Assembly: GCF_000025945.1 (NCBI RefSeq) | Contig: NC_006138.1 | Location: 120,001 to 152,000 of the forward strand | DNA: 32,000 nt | Source: Desulfotalea psychrophila LSv54 | GTDB lineage: Bacteria > Desulfobacterota > Desulfobulbia > Desulfobulbales > Desulfocapsaceae | Direction: 5' to 3' | Shown here: piece after piece, positions 1 through 10,374 of the stretch | Numbering within the stretch: position 1 is the stretch's first letter | Layout: the number at the start of each line of letters is the position of its first letter | Program-made: the position numbers and the translations under genes | Notes under the pieces: generated by a model | What the model was told of the DNA's origin: nothing | Seen by the model: the letters and a program-made list of their open reading frames with translations, nothing else | Database searches by the model: none

Positions 1-1
1 T

Positions 2-154
2 CAGATAAACAAGTTAGAAAGAATTGTTTCTGTAAAAAGCGTAAAGATGACTTCCCCAAAAAAAGAAGATGGAGAAATGCTCTTAACCTCAAACTGCCAA
101 CTGGTAACCTACCAATTCACCAATATTGAGTTACCTAAAAAGCAAAAAAAGTAA
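2..154 (+). CDS. pilO: C-terminal fragment of a PilO-like type IV pilus assembly protein (5' truncated by window)
   Basis: Open frame from base 2 to TAA at 152-154, encoding ...QINKLERIVSVKSVKMTSPKKEDGEMLLTSNCQLVTYQFTNIELPKKQKK*. It directly precedes a PilP-like gene. Identity comes mostly from synteny and the PilO-like C-terminus. Confidence 0.55.
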   Translation, partial: QINKLERIVSVKSVKMTSPKKEDGEMLLTSNCQLVTYQFTNIELPKKQKK

Positions 155-164
155 GCATAACACT

Positions 165-689
165 ATGAGAATACTCTCTTATAAAAAAAAATCACCGAAG
201 GCTAAAGGCATATACTATCTTCTACCCACCGGTATATTATTAGCACAGACATGCCTTGCCAGCATAGCTCCCTCTTCTCTCGAAACGGCAGCAGATTCTT
301 TTTTAAAAGATCAGGCCAGCTTCGAATATCAAATGGAAAACAGGCAGGATCCCTTTCTTCCCTTTATCAAGGAACAACAGGCCAGTACCCAAGCTAACAT
401 GGATGAAATTGTTGACTCGGAAGAGACCTTATTTGGAATGAGGCTGTTTGAGCCGGATCAACTCAAGCTGGTCGCCATCCTGGCAACACCTGAAAAAAAG
501 GTAGCAATGGTTCAGGATCTTATAGGACAGGGATTTACCATAGAGACCGGCACTCTTATTGGCAAACGTGGCGTCGTCAAAGATATCACTGCTAAATCAA
601 TAATTATTGAAGAAACAGCCACAAACAGAGCTGGAAAGAAAAAAATAACTCAAATTATTATGGCATTAAAGTCAGAAGGAGAAGAGTAA
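165..689 (+). CDS. pilP: PilP-like type IV pilus assembly protein
   Basis: ORF track 126..689; the internal Met at 165 (MRILSYKKKSPKAKG...) is the likelier start. Contains a hydrophobic leader and the PilP-like core RQDPFLPF...LRLFEPDQLKLVAILATPEKKVAMVQD..GFTIETGTLIGKRGVVKDI. The position between PilO-like and secretin genes fits. Confidence 0.78.
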   Translation: MRILSYKKKSPKAKGIYYLLPTGILLAQTCLASIAPSSLETAADSFLKDQASFEYQMENRQDPFLPFIKEQQASTQANMDEIVDSEETLFGMRLFEPDQLKLVAILATPEKKVAMVQDLIGQGFTIETGTLIGKRGVVKDITAKSIIIEETATNRAGKKKITQIIMALKSEGEE

Positions 690-692
690 GCA

Positions 693-2519
693 ATGTACAA
701 AAAACATAACACACGACATATCTTTGTGTTCTTTTGCGTCCTGTTTGCCCTGACAGCAGCCAATTCCCTCTTTGCTGCCACTGCAACAGACTTCAGCATC
801 GACCAGGCTGATGCCAGCATCGACCATGAAACACTATCGCTTCTCCTCATGGGCAAGAGCACCCCGGTCTACACAGTTACAGAGAGATTTTCTCCCTTTC
901 GAGTTGTTATCGATATCGCCAATGCCACCTTCAGTGGAGATATTACTCCAGATAAAATTCTTCCAAAAAATAAATTTGTTACGCTCAAGGTGACTGACCA
1001 TAGGGCAGGTAACACAGCAGCAACCCGCTTGGAATTCACTCTAGATAACAGCCACAACTACCGGGTCATAAATCGTCCCAACGGTTTAAAAATTACCTTT
1101 GCCCCCATAAAAAACGAGCTGGCAAAAGAACTGACCAGAATAACTGCATTTCAAGTCATAACAGCAAGCAAAACGACAACTATCAAGATCGTCGCCAATA
1201 ACAAAATCACAGATTACCAGGTAGACACCCTGAAAAAGTCAGCAGGAAAACCACCAAGAATGTATATCGATATTAACGAGGTGGATATCAGCCAACTTAT
1301 ACGGACAAAAGAGATAGGCACCTCCGTTGCGACAGTTCAGGCCGTACCCAGAGGCAATGGGGTACGAATTATTTTTGATTCTTCCTCCGAAACACTTTTT
1401 CACTACAGCATCCAATCAAGCCTCGAAGGGCTCAATGTAATTATTAATGAAAACAGCCAACCCCACCAGCAGTCAACGGATAACACCCTTAAAAGTCTCA
1501 TAGATTCTTCAGAAAGACTTGCCAACAGTGCAGGCGTATCCCTACAAAATGGCAAAAGCCCAACAAAACCCAATAAGCTCCAATCTGTATTTGCAGGCTA
1601 CGACCGCGAACGTATCAGCGTTGATTTTTTTAAGATCGACCTGCACAATGTATTCAGACTCCTCAGAGAGGTTTCCGGGCAAAATATTATTGTTGATGAG
1701 AGTGTCACCGGCTCCCTCACCCTGGCGCTTAAAGATGTACCCTGGGACTTTGCCCTTGATATTATACTCAATCTCAAAGATCTTGAAAAAGAAGAACGAT
1801 TTAACACCATTGTGATCTATGCCAAAAATAAGGCCTTTGTCTGGCCAAATCAATCTGTTGGCAGCCTCACCATCGAAGAGTCGCCCGAGATCATTGCCCA
1901 CGAAGAGTTAATCATCGAGCAGGCTGCCCAACAGCCTAAAGAAATTCTTCAAGCCAAGGAATTTTTAGCCCAGGCGCGCAAGGCTGAGAAAAAGGAACAA
2001 TTTGAAATAGCGGTAGAACTCTATAATCAGGCCCTGAATCTCTGGCCGGAAAACACACAAATAGCCAGCAGAATTGCCACAATATACCTTGTTGATCTTG
2101 GCATGAATGCCAAGGCTCTCTACTACGCCCAAAAGGCACTGGCAATCAATGCAAGCGACAGCAGAGCCGCTCTCTATGCTGCCATCAGCTCGGCCAATAT
2201 GGGTCGCGTAACTCAGGCTTCTGAATTTTTCAGGCAAAGCATCAGTGGCACCCCCCCAGCACAAGAGGCTCTGGCCAGCTTTGCCGCATTCAGCGAAAAC
2301 AACAACAACAACAGAGCAGCCCTTATTCTCCTCAAAAAACTCCAAGAAGAATACGGCGAGACCCTCGATAACATGATTGCCATTGGCCGAATTTATGACA
2401 AGCAAGGTCAGTACCAAAAGGCAAACAAACAGTATAATGCCATATTAAACTCTGGCTTTCAGTTGCGACCATCACTCAAAAAATATATTACAGAAAGATT
2501 ACAGGCACAACTCAACTAG
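693..2519 (+). CDS. PilQ N-terminal-like protein: AMIN domain(s) + secretin/TonB short N-terminal (STN) domain + C-terminal TPRs, no secretin pore domain
   Basis: 608 aa. AMIN-like FSPFRVVIDIANATFSG...; STN-like ISVDFFKIDLHNVFRLLREVSGQNIIVDESVTGSLTLALKDVPWDFALDIIL; TPR-like FEIAVELYNQALNLWPEN...ALYYAQKALAINASDSRAAL.... Confidence 0.8.
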   Translation: MYKKHNTRHIFVFFCVLFALTAANSLFAATATDFSIDQADASIDHETLSLLLMGKSTPVYTVTERFSPFRVVIDIANATFSGDITPDKILPKNKFVTLKVTDHRAGNTAATRLEFTLDNSHNYRVINRPNGLKITFAPIKNELAKELTRITAFQVITASKTTTIKIVANNKITDYQVDTLKKSAGKPPRMYIDINEVDISQLIRTKEIGTSVATVQAVPRGNGVRIIFDSSSETLFHYSIQSSLEGLNVIINENSQPHQQSTDNTLKSLIDSSERLANSAGVSLQNGKSPTKPNKLQSVFAGYDRERISVDFFKIDLHNVFRLLREVSGQNIIVDESVTGSLTLALKDVPWDFALDIILNLKDLEKEERFNTIVIYAKNKAFVWPNQSVGSLTIEESPEIIAHEELIIEQAAQQPKEILQAKEFLAQARKAEKKEQFEIAVELYNQALNLWPENTQIASRIATIYLVDLGMNAKALYYAQKALAINASDSRAALYAAISSANMGRVTQASEFFRQSISGTPPAQEALASFAAFSENNNNNRAALILLKKLQEEYGETLDNMIAIGRIYDKQGQYQKANKQYNAILNSGFQLRPSLKKYITERLQAQLN

Positions 2520-2571
2520 CATCTTATGAGTCATAACTTTCAACATAAACTTTGCATTCCAAGAGGTTTTT

Positions 2572-4251
2572 ATGAAGTCTATAAAAAATATTTTTCTCTC
2601 CGGTAGCCTCTTGCTACTTATCTTAACAGTCTCTGCCTGTGGCGTCAGCAAGCCTGTTCAGCCCACAACTGGAGAGAAATCTCAGCAGGCTATTGAGACG
2701 GCAGATATTAGCCCGACACCGACGAAGATAATCCCCTCAAGACCGAAACCACTACCGGTGCAGTATCAAACACCCCGGTATAAAGTTGACCAGGAAGAGT
2801 TCGGCAAAGAATTTTCAGAAGAGGCCACCTCGGTGAAGGTTGGTGCCACCATCCGTTCAAGCCGTGGCCCTCAACCCCTTGCCGATATCATCAAGCGCCT
2901 GGCAAGCCTGAAAGATATGAATGTTTCCTGGGCAAGTGATGTCAACCGTGATGTCCTCGTCGATGTAGATATCCAGGCAGGCGACGATTTTTATGAGTCC
3001 CTTGATAACCTGTTGCGCCAGGTAGATTACTTCCATGAAATACAAAATAATACTATCATTGTCCGCTATAAGGAGACCCGTCAGTTTCATGTTGCCATGC
3101 CATTTATCAAAAGTGCCTACAATACCGCAACGGGTGGGAATATGCTGGGCAACAACGAGGAGTCAGAGAATATCAATGGTACCGTGGAAATAAGAAGTGA
3201 GGATAATGCCTTTGATATCTGGGATAATATCCAGGGCAACATGGATGCCATCCTCCAGACCTGGAGGACCAATACCATTGCAGGGGCGACTGCCGACGAT
3301 CTGGCAGATCCTGACGCTAACCCTGAGGCAGAAGAGCAGAGTCCCACGGCAACCAGAAGGTACGCTGCAGGTGGGGCCATGTATATCATTGATAAACCCA
3401 TCGGTCTCATCACGGTTTCAGCACCTCGAAATGTCCTGGACAGACTTGATGCCTATTTTTTCAGCCTTAAGAAAGAGCTCTATAAACAGATCGCCATCGA
3501 TGCCAAAATCATTGAGGTTACCCTCAGCGACGCCTCAAGTATCGGTATTGACTGGTCAAATGTCCTAGGAGGAGATGGGTTTAAATTGGGAGGAAAAGTT
3601 AATTATGGCGATGCGACAGACGCTATCTTTCACAATGGTTCAGGCTTCCTTGACACCATCACATTAGAGTCCACCGATTTTCATGTGTTAATAAAAGCCC
3701 TGAACGAACAGGGCGACACCAAGGTGCTCTCCAACCCCAAACTCAGCGTCATGAACGGCCAGCCAGCCCTGATCTCCGTGGGCAGAAGCATCACCTATAT
3801 CAGCGAGATTGAAGCCGATAGAGATACAAGTAGCATCGGCACCAGCACCATCACCTATACTACAGAAACCGACAGCCTCCTCTCAGGTCTGGGTCTTGGT
3901 ATCACGGCCACCGTCCTCGATGACAGTGAGATCATCATGAACCTGGTCCCCGTCACCTCGGAACTTGTTCCCTTCAAAGACGGAGAGGAAATAGAATATA
4001 GACAGGTAGGCGATGATGGTGCCTCCGTGGGCCTTCCCGTACTCAATGTCCGAGAGATGAGCACCACGGTACGAGTCAAGGATGGTGAGACCCTGATCAT
4101 AGGCGGACTTATCTCCGAGTCGAATAGCACTACAGGTTCTTCGGTACCCATCCTCGGCAGCATCCCCGGACTCAAATACCTTTTTGGCTATGAGGGAAAA
4201 TCAAAACAGAAAAAGGAGCTGGTTATTCTTATCCAGCCACGAATTATATAG
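2572..4251 (+). CDS. Lipoprotein secretin (PilQ/MshL/GspD family outer-membrane channel)
   Basis: 559 aa. Lipobox LTVSAC; secretin core VLSNPKLSVMNGQPALISVG, VPVLNVREMSTTVRVKDGETLIIGGLISE..., VPILGSIPGLKYLFGYEGKSKQKKELVILIQPRII. Confidence 0.9.
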   Translation: MKSIKNIFLSGSLLLLILTVSACGVSKPVQPTTGEKSQQAIETADISPTPTKIIPSRPKPLPVQYQTPRYKVDQEEFGKEFSEEATSVKVGATIRSSRGPQPLADIIKRLASLKDMNVSWASDVNRDVLVDVDIQAGDDFYESLDNLLRQVDYFHEIQNNTIIVRYKETRQFHVAMPFIKSAYNTATGGNMLGNNEESENINGTVEIRSEDNAFDIWDNIQGNMDAILQTWRTNTIAGATADDLADPDANPEAEEQSPTATRRYAAGGAMYIIDKPIGLITVSAPRNVLDRLDAYFFSLKKELYKQIAIDAKIIEVTLSDASSIGIDWSNVLGGDGFKLGGKVNYGDATDAIFHNGSGFLDTITLESTDFHVLIKALNEQGDTKVLSNPKLSVMNGQPALISVGRSITYISEIEADRDTSSIGTSTITYTTETDSLLSGLGLGITATVLDDSEIIMNLVPVTSELVPFKDGEEIEYRQVGDDGASVGLPVLNVREMSTTVRVKDGETLIIGGLISESNSTTGSSVPILGSIPGLKYLFGYEGKSKQKKELVILIQPRII

Positions 4252-4301
4252 GGCATTAACAAGGTCAGCCATTTCATTAATTATAAATAGGGGAATATCT
4301 C

Positions 4302-5141
4302 ATGTTAACTAGGTTGCAACTTCTTTGCATCGGTTTTGCTATGCTACTGGTAACGGGCTGCGGTCAAACCGTAACAGAAAAAGTCAGCCTCACCCCAACA
4401 GCTCCTTATAATGCAGTTGGTAAAGGAAAGACCGTCGTCATCCTGCCCTTTGCAGACTATGCTGACAGTAGTGTTGACTCCGCCAGAAGAAGAGACATCG
4501 CAGTAACCGAGGCCATCACCGATATGTTGGTGCTCAATGGATTTGCCCTGCCCGTACAGGATGACGTACTCTCCTATCTGCAAAAGAGAGGGATTATTAC
4601 CTCTGTCCAGCAACAAGCCTCCCTGCAGAGAGAGATCGACACAGATACCTGGTCACAACAGATGGAAGACATCTTCCGTGCTGAAATTTCACAACAGAAC
4701 AAGATGAACCGCAAAACCTCAGGACTTGACCCCAAAGCAATTGCCAGGATCGGCAAAACCTTTGGCGCAGACTATATTATGCGTGGCCGGATCATCGAAT
4801 ACAAAAAACGCGCCGATGCCTCATGGGCGCCCTGGAAAAGAGGCCTTTTGCCATTCTTTGGTGAAGGTGCCAGCAGAATACTCTTGGGTTTTGCAGACTC
4901 CGATTCCTACGACGGCCAGAGCGCATTTGCTGAAGGCACACGGGTAGATGGCATGGTGGAACTTCGCATCTGGGTACAAGAGGCGGTGACAGGCGATGTG
5001 GTATGGACCAATCATACCAATATCGAAACTGGGCGAAGATCTTTCTTCGCTGACCCACAGCACGATGCCCTATTCAGCAAGGCAGTACAGCGTAATGCCT
5101 GCCTCCTGATACATGATTTCGCCAGAAACGGCATTCAATAA
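4302..5141 (+). CDS. Conserved lipoprotein, CsgG/TolB-N-like fold suspected, downstream of the secretin
   Basis: 279 aa. Lipobox MLLVTGCG; KTVVILPFADYADSS...AVTEAITDMLVLNGFALP...FGADYIMRGRIIEY...VDGMVELRIWVQEAVTGDVVWTN. Same strand and close spacing to the secretin gene. Confidence 0.65.
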   Translation: MLTRLQLLCIGFAMLLVTGCGQTVTEKVSLTPTAPYNAVGKGKTVVILPFADYADSSVDSARRRDIAVTEAITDMLVLNGFALPVQDDVLSYLQKRGIITSVQQQASLQREIDTDTWSQQMEDIFRAEISQQNKMNRKTSGLDPKAIARIGKTFGADYIMRGRIIEYKKRADASWAPWKRGLLPFFGEGASRILLGFADSDSYDGQSAFAEGTRVDGMVELRIWVQEAVTGDVVWTNHTNIETGRRSFFADPQHDALFSKAVQRNACLLIHDFARNGIQ

Positions 5142-5176
5142 TCTCTCATTTCTTGAACAAAAAAAGATAAAAAAAA

Positions 5177-5210
5177 GGCCCTCTCGAAAACGAGAGGGCC
5201 TTTTTTTTAC
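5177..5210 (+). terminator. Intrinsic terminator, bidirectional, between the convergent pilus block and secB
   Basis: GGCCCTCTCG (5177-5186) AAAA CGAGAGGGCC (5191-5200): perfect 10-bp stem, tetraloop, flanked by an A tract on the left and T8 on the right. Confidence 0.93.
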
Positions 5211-5224
5211 CACCTTACTCACTG

Positions 5225-5695
5225 CTAGTTTGCTGTCTGCTCCTGCTCCTGCTTCTTGGCACCCTGAAAGAGGGCCATGAAGTTTACTGGCTCCATCAAA
5301 AATGGGGCAAAACCACCGTCTACAGAAACCTGGCTGGCAATTTGTCTGGTAAATGGAAAGAGAAGGGTCGGGCAATCCACGGCAAGAACCATGGCCAAAT
5401 GCTCTTCCGGAATATTTCTCACCCAGAAAATTGCCGCATGCTCAAGTTCAAGGATAAAAAGGGTCTTGGCACCATCGTCGGCAGTTACCTTGGCGTTAAT
5501 CTCAAGGCTTACTTCCCAATGATCATCATCAACCTTCTTATTATTGAGCTGAAGATTAAGTTCTACCTTAGGCTCTGACCCGCCATCCAAAAATACCGCA
5601 GGTGCGCTTGGGCTTTCAAAACTGAGATCTTTGGTATACATCTTCTGCATACGGAACTCTGGGTGCGCAGCTTGCTTCTCATTGGTCTCTGCCAT
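5225..5695 (-). CDS. secB: Protein-export chaperone SecB
   Basis: 156 aa. FRMQKMYTKDLSFESPSAP...; HWEVSLEINAKV...LFILELEHAAIFWVRNIPEEHL...CPTLLFPFTRQIASQVSVDGGFAPFLMEPVNFMALF is characteristic of SecB. Confidence 0.93.
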   Translation of the reverse strand: MAETNEKQAAHPEFRMQKMYTKDLSFESPSAPAVFLDGGSEPKVELNLQLNNKKVDDDHWEVSLEINAKVTADDGAKTLFILELEHAAIFWVRNIPEEHLAMVLAVDCPTLLFPFTRQIASQVSVDGGFAPFLMEPVNFMALFQGAKKQEQEQTAN

Positions 5696-5825
5696 TGGAC
5701 AATCCTCTTATAAAAAATTTATATTAAACTACAAAATCACCTGCAAAAAATAGCCTCTCATATAAACGCACTTTTCCTGGACAAGCAAGCCTTTCTCATA
5801 CATTTTTAGGGGATAAGAGGCAAAA

Positions 5826-8657
5826 TCAGAGGACATGACGGAGAAATCTGCCAGTGTGGGAGGCAGCAACCGTGCACACATCCTCCGGCCTTCCCTGAGC
5901 AATAATCTCTCCGCCACCATCACCACCCTCCGGACCGACATCAATAAGCCAATCTGCGGTTTTCACCACATCCAGGTTATGCTCTATCACAACCACCGTA
6001 TTTCCTGCCTCTACCAATCTATTCAAAACATGGAGCAGATGCTGAATATCTGCCGGATGAAGACCTGTGGTCGGCTCATCGAGAATATAAAGGGCTTTGC
6101 CCGTGGATCGTCCCGACAGTTCACGGGAGAGTTTCACTCGCTGGGCCTCTCCACCGGAGAGAGTCACAGAAGATTGCCCCAGGGAAATATAGGAGAGGCC
6201 CACATCAAAGAGGGTCTGTAAACGTCTTTTAATAAGGGGCACATTTTGAAAGAACTCCAGAGCCTCCTCCACCTTCATGGCAAGCACCTCATGGATATTT
6301 TTGCCACGGTACTCTATCTCAAGGGTTTCACTATTATAACGACGGCCCTTACATGTTTCACAGACTACATAGACATCGGGCAGGAAGTGCATGGAGATTC
6401 GATTTACCCCCTCACCATCACAGGCCTCGCAACGACCACCCTTGATATTAAAACTAAAACGCCCAGGCTTATAGCCACGGGCCCGGGCCTCTGGCAAAGA
6501 GGCAAAAAGCTCCCGAATAGGGGTAAAGACACCGGTATAGGTTGCAGGATTAGATCGTGGCGTTCGGCCGATGGGGCTCTGATCAATATCAACAATTTTA
6601 TCTATCAGATCCAGGCCGCTCACCTCTGTCCCTCCCTGCTGAAAGCTCGCCATCCTCTTCACCAGACCCGCATGGGCATAGCGATAAAGAGTCTCCATCA
6701 CCAGTGAACTCTTGCCGGATCCTGAAACACCGGTAACACAGGTCATCACCCCAAGAGGAAAGGAGACATTCACCTTCTTCAGATTATTCTCAATGCCATT
6801 TTTCACCCTGAGATTCCTCTTCTTGGCCTTAGAGACAGGTCGGCGTTTAGCCGGTACGGCAATCTCTTTACGCCCGGAGAGATAGGCCCCGGTAATGGAT
6901 TTTTCATCCTCCAGCAGGCCTTGAACGGAACCATTATAGACAACCTCACCACCATGCACTCCGGCACCGAGCCCCATATCCAACACATGGTCGGCAGCCA
7001 AAATAGTCTCGGTATCATGCTCCACCACCAAGACGCTATTACCCAGATCACGTAGCTCCACCAGGGTCTTGATAAGCTTCTCATTATCCCTCTGGTGCAG
7101 ACCGATACTTGGTTCATCAAGAATATAGAGCACCCCGGCAAGACGGGAACCTATCTGCGATGCCAGACGAATACGCTGCGCCTCTCCACCGGAGAGGGTT
7201 CCAGCACGCCGGGACAGGGAGAGATAGCCCAGACCAACATCGGCCAAGAAGGAGAGTCTATCGGCAATTTCCTTCAAAATAGGACCACCGATCTTCTCTT
7301 CCCGTTCGGTGAATGAGACTTGGGCCAACTCCCGGCGTAGCTGCTCAATGGAAAAGCCGACAAGATCGTATATCGACCAGGGCCCCACCTTAACGGCCAA
7401 GGCCGTAGGCTTCAGGCGTGCGCCCCCACAGGTCGGGCAGACCTGTTCGTTCATATACTTACCGAGCTCTTCCCGGATCATGGGAGACTGGGTCTCATGG
7501 AAACGACGATTCAGCTGGGGAATAATCCCCTCAAAGGGCTTTTCCGAGGTCATCTTCCTTCGGCCCTTCTGGTAATGAAAGATAATCTCCTCAGCGCCCG
7601 AGCCATGGAGCAGTATCTCCTGAATTCGAACGGGTAGACCCTCAAAGGGCGTCGTCAAAGAGAAATGATAATGCCTGGCCAGAGAGGTGAGAATATGGCC
7701 CGTATAGGACATCTCCTCACGCCAGGCCCAAGGAGCAAGTGTCCCCTCGACGATGCTCTTGGCAGGATCAGGGACCACCAGAGCAGGGTCAAAGAACTGC
7801 TTCACCCCAAGTCCACCGCAATCGGAACAGGCACCCAAGGGATTATTAAAGGAAAAGAGCTGAGTAGAAAGAGGCGGCATAGAAATACCGCAGTGATGAC
7901 AGGCGGCATGCTCGCTAAAAAGCTCAAGGGAGTTATCCTCAGGATAGAGGACTGCCAAAAAACCCTCGGTAAGCCTCACTGCGGTGCTGATAGAATCAGA
8001 CAGTCGCCTGCCAACGCCCTCTTTCAGCACTATTCTATCCACCACCACCTCGATGGAGTGCTTATGATTTTTATCCAGCTCAAGGTCCTCATCGGCATGA
8101 ACAATATCGCCATCAACCCGGATACGGACAAAGCCCTCCTTGCGTATCTGGGCCAAAAGCTTTTCATGTCGTCCCTTACGCTCTGTTACCAGAGGAGCAA
8201 GCAAAACGACCTTGGTGCCCGCAGGCTTTGCCAATAATATATTAACCATATCCTCTATGGACTGGGACTGGATCTCTTCTCCACACTGGTGACAGTGAGG
8301 ACGACCACAACGGGCAAAGAGCAGACGCAGATGATCATAGATCTCCGTTACCGTCCCTACGGTCGAACGAGGATTATTGTTGGTTGTCTTCTGCTCAATG
8401 GAAACGGCTGGCGATAAGCCCTCAAGAGAATCAACGTCGGGTTTATCCATCTGCCCTAGAAACTGACGGGCATAGGTGGAGAGAGACTCAACATAACGAC
8501 GCTGCCCCTCCGCATAGAGGGTATCAAAGGCGAGGCTTGATTTACCGGAACCAGAAAGACCAGTAAATACAACGAATTTATTACGCGGAATATCAACATC
8601 TACATTCTTCAAATTATGCATCCGCGCACCCCGAATGCTTAATATTTGCGGTTCCAT
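5826..8657 (-). CDS. uvrA: Excinuclease ABC subunit A
   Basis: 943 aa. Walker [38 protein letters not shown], Zn-finger CHQCG/CDSCGG-type motifs, [64 protein letters not shown]. Confidence 0.98.
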   Translation of the reverse strand: MEPQILSIRGARMHNLKNVDVDIPRNKFVVFTGLSGSGKSSLAFDTLYAEGQRRYVESLSTYARQFLGQMDKPDVDSLEGLSPAVSIEQKTTNNNPRSTVGTVTEIYDHLRLLFARCGRPHCHQCGEEIQSQSIEDMVNILLAKPAGTKVVLLAPLVTERKGRHEKLLAQIRKEGFVRIRVDGDIVHADEDLELDKNHKHSIEVVVDRIVLKEGVGRRLSDSISTAVRLTEGFLAVLYPEDNSLELFSEHAACHHCGISMPPLSTQLFSFNNPLGACSDCGGLGVKQFFDPALVVPDPAKSIVEGTLAPWAWREEMSYTGHILTSLARHYHFSLTTPFEGLPVRIQEILLHGSGAEEIIFHYQKGRRKMTSEKPFEGIIPQLNRRFHETQSPMIREELGKYMNEQVCPTCGGARLKPTALAVKVGPWSIYDLVGFSIEQLRRELAQVSFTEREEKIGGPILKEIADRLSFLADVGLGYLSLSRRAGTLSGGEAQRIRLASQIGSRLAGVLYILDEPSIGLHQRDNEKLIKTLVELRDLGNSVLVVEHDTETILAADHVLDMGLGAGVHGGEVVYNGSVQGLLEDEKSITGAYLSGRKEIAVPAKRRPVSKAKKRNLRVKNGIENNLKKVNVSFPLGVMTCVTGVSGSGKSSLVMETLYRYAHAGLVKRMASFQQGGTEVSGLDLIDKIVDIDQSPIGRTPRSNPATYTGVFTPIRELFASLPEARARGYKPGRFSFNIKGGRCEACDGEGVNRISMHFLPDVYVVCETCKGRRYNSETLEIEYRGKNIHEVLAMKVEEALEFFQNVPLIKRRLQTLFDVGLSYISLGQSSVTLSGGEAQRVKLSRELSGRSTGKALYILDEPTTGLHPADIQHLLHVLNRLVEAGNTVVVIEHNLDVVKTADWLIDVGPEGGDGGGEIIAQGRPEDVCTVAASHTGRFLRHVL

Positions 8658-8694
8658 ATAAGCCCTCTACTCCTGCTACTGACAGTAGTATCTT

Positions 8695-9147
8695 TCATAT
8701 CTTTTTACAGACGACAGCCCTGAAGAGTAACACCTCCCCTGAACCCCTGATGATCAACCCTTTAATACATCTATCCATCACCACAACCAGCCCAGCCTGT
8801 CTAGCCTCTGCAGCGGCCACCTCATGACGTATCCCCTCTTGCATCCAGACAGCACGGGCGCCAAGGGCTATGGCCCCCTGAACAATCGGCGGCACCGCCT
8901 CTGCTCGACGAAAGATATTAACGATATCTATTTTGTCAGGAATCTCCAACAGGGAGGCATAACACCTCCTCCCCAGGATTTCTGTTTGCCCAGGATTAAC
9001 GGGAATAACGGTAAATCCCTCGCCTATGAGATAGCGGGCAACCATATTACTTGGTCGCTGCTCCTTGGGCGAAAGACCTACCATGGCAATAGTTCTGGCT
9101 GTTTTTAATAACTCTTTGCGTATGGCTACTGTTGTATCAATAAGCAT
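8695..9147 (-). CDS. CoA-binding domain protein (YccU family)
   Basis: 150 aa. KTARTIAMVGLSPKEQRPSNMVARYLIGEGFTVIPVNPGQTEILGRRCYASLLEIPDKIDIVNIFRR...WMQEGIRHEVAAAEARQAGLVVVMDRCI. Confidence 0.88.
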   Translation of the reverse strand: MLIDTTVAIRKELLKTARTIAMVGLSPKEQRPSNMVARYLIGEGFTVIPVNPGQTEILGRRCYASLLEIPDKIDIVNIFRRAEAVPPIVQGAIALGARAVWMQEGIRHEVAAAEARQAGLVVVMDRCIKGLIIRGSGEVLLFRAVVCKKI

Positions 9148-9453
9148 TGTATCCTCAAGTGGTTAGAGTTTTAAGTTACCATAGGGACCAATAACAAGCT
9201 TAGATAATGAGAACTATTCCCACCTTTGTCAAGTGTCACCTCCACCCAGACACAGACATGGAGACGTTTCACGGCAGGGCAAATTGTTGCAATTTGGGCT
9301 AGAAGAGATTCTTTTCCCAGGCTTAAAAACAATAGAATAAATTTCTATTTCTCTTTGTCCCTTATCGTATTTTCTCGCCTTGTTGTTCTTGCGTCACTAT
9401 GCCGAAAGTTATATACTAGCGAATTTGAAATATTGTTATCAGGAAACCCAACT

Positions 9454-9478
9454 TTGAGTTCTTAAGCAGGGAACTCAA
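9454..9478 (+). promoter_or_regulatory. Perfect 8-bp stem-loop in the glyQ 5' leader (function unknown)
   Basis: TTGAGTTC (9454-9461), 9-nt loop TTAAGCAGG, GAACTCAA (9471-9478); flanking T9453.G9479 wobble. Located 23 nt before the glyQ ATG, with no following T tract. Confidence 0.4.
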
Positions 9479-9501
9479 GCATAAAATACAGAGGCATAAA
9501 A

Positions 9502-10374
9502 ATGAATTTCCAAAATATTATTTTTGAACTTAACAACTATTGGGCCGAGCAGGGTTGTGTTGTCCAACAACCCTATGACATGGAAGTGGGTGCCGGAACA
9601 TTTCACCCAGCCACCCTACTGCGTTCACTGGGGCCAGAACCATGGAAGGCGGCATACGCTCAGCCATCAAGACGGCCAACAGATGGACGCTACGGCGAAA
9701 ACCCAAACAGGTTGCAACATTACTACCAGTATCAGGTAGTGATGAAGCCATCGCCACTCAATATCCAAGAACTGTACCTTGGTAGCCTCAAACGCTTTGG
9801 CCTCAACCTTCTCGAACACGACATCCGTTTTGTTGAAGATGACTGGGAATCACCGACCCTTGGTGCCTCCGGACTCGGTTGGGAAATTTGGCTCGACGGC
9901 ATGGAAATTTCCCAATTTACCTATTTCCAACAGGCAGGCTCCATCGATCTCACGCCCACCACGGTCGAGATCACCTATGGACTTGAACGCATAGCCATGT
10001 ATCTACAGGGCGTAGAAAGCGTCTACGACATTGCCTGGAACGACGAGGTCACCTATGGGGAGATCTTTCATCAGGCCGAGGTTGAGTTCTCTACCTTCAA
10101 CTTTGAAGAGGCTAACGTAGAAAAGCTGACTGACTTCTTCAACTCCTTTGAAGAAGAGGCACATAAGCTCATTGCCAAGAAACTTATTCTTCCCGCCTAC
10201 GATTACTGCCTCAAATGCTCACACACCTTCAATCTACTGGATGCCAGAAAGGCAATCAGTGTAACAGAACGCACCCGCTATATTGGCAGAATTCGTAACA
10301 TCGCCCGAGGCGTTGCCGAACAGTACGTCATTCAGCGTGCGGAGCTTGGTCATCCACTGATCAAAAACAAATAG
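9502..10374 (+). CDS. glyQ: Glycyl-tRNA synthetase alpha subunit
   Basis: 290 aa. [85 protein letters not shown]... Confidence 0.98.
   Translation: MNFQNIIFELNNYWAEQGCVVQQPYDMEVGAGTFHPATLLRSLGPEPWKAAYAQPSRRPTDGRYGENPNRLQHYYQYQVVMKPSPLNIQELYLGSLKRFGLNLLEHDIRFVEDDWESPTLGASGLGWEIWLDGMEISQFTYFQQAGSIDLTPTTVEITYGLERIAMYLQGVESVYDIAWNDEVTYGEIFHQAEVEFSTFNFEEANVEKLTDFFNSFEEEAHKLIAKKLILPAYDYCLKCSHTFNLLDARKAISVTERTRYIGRIRNIARGVAEQYVIQRAELGHPLIKNK

Noticed and set aside
1965-2417. 150-aa minus-strand ORF within the AMIN/TPR gene
   Set aside because: Shadow ORF opposite an unambiguous coding frame, with no family features.
6246-8237. Several plus-strand ORFs (6246..6707, 7309..7575, 7665..8237)
   Set aside because: All are antisense to uvrA, whose frame is intact from start to stop with canonical motifs.
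9226-9465. 79-aa plus ORF upstream of glyQ
   Set aside because: Low-quality composition, no RBS, and it overlaps the glyQ leader hairpin; likely noncoding.
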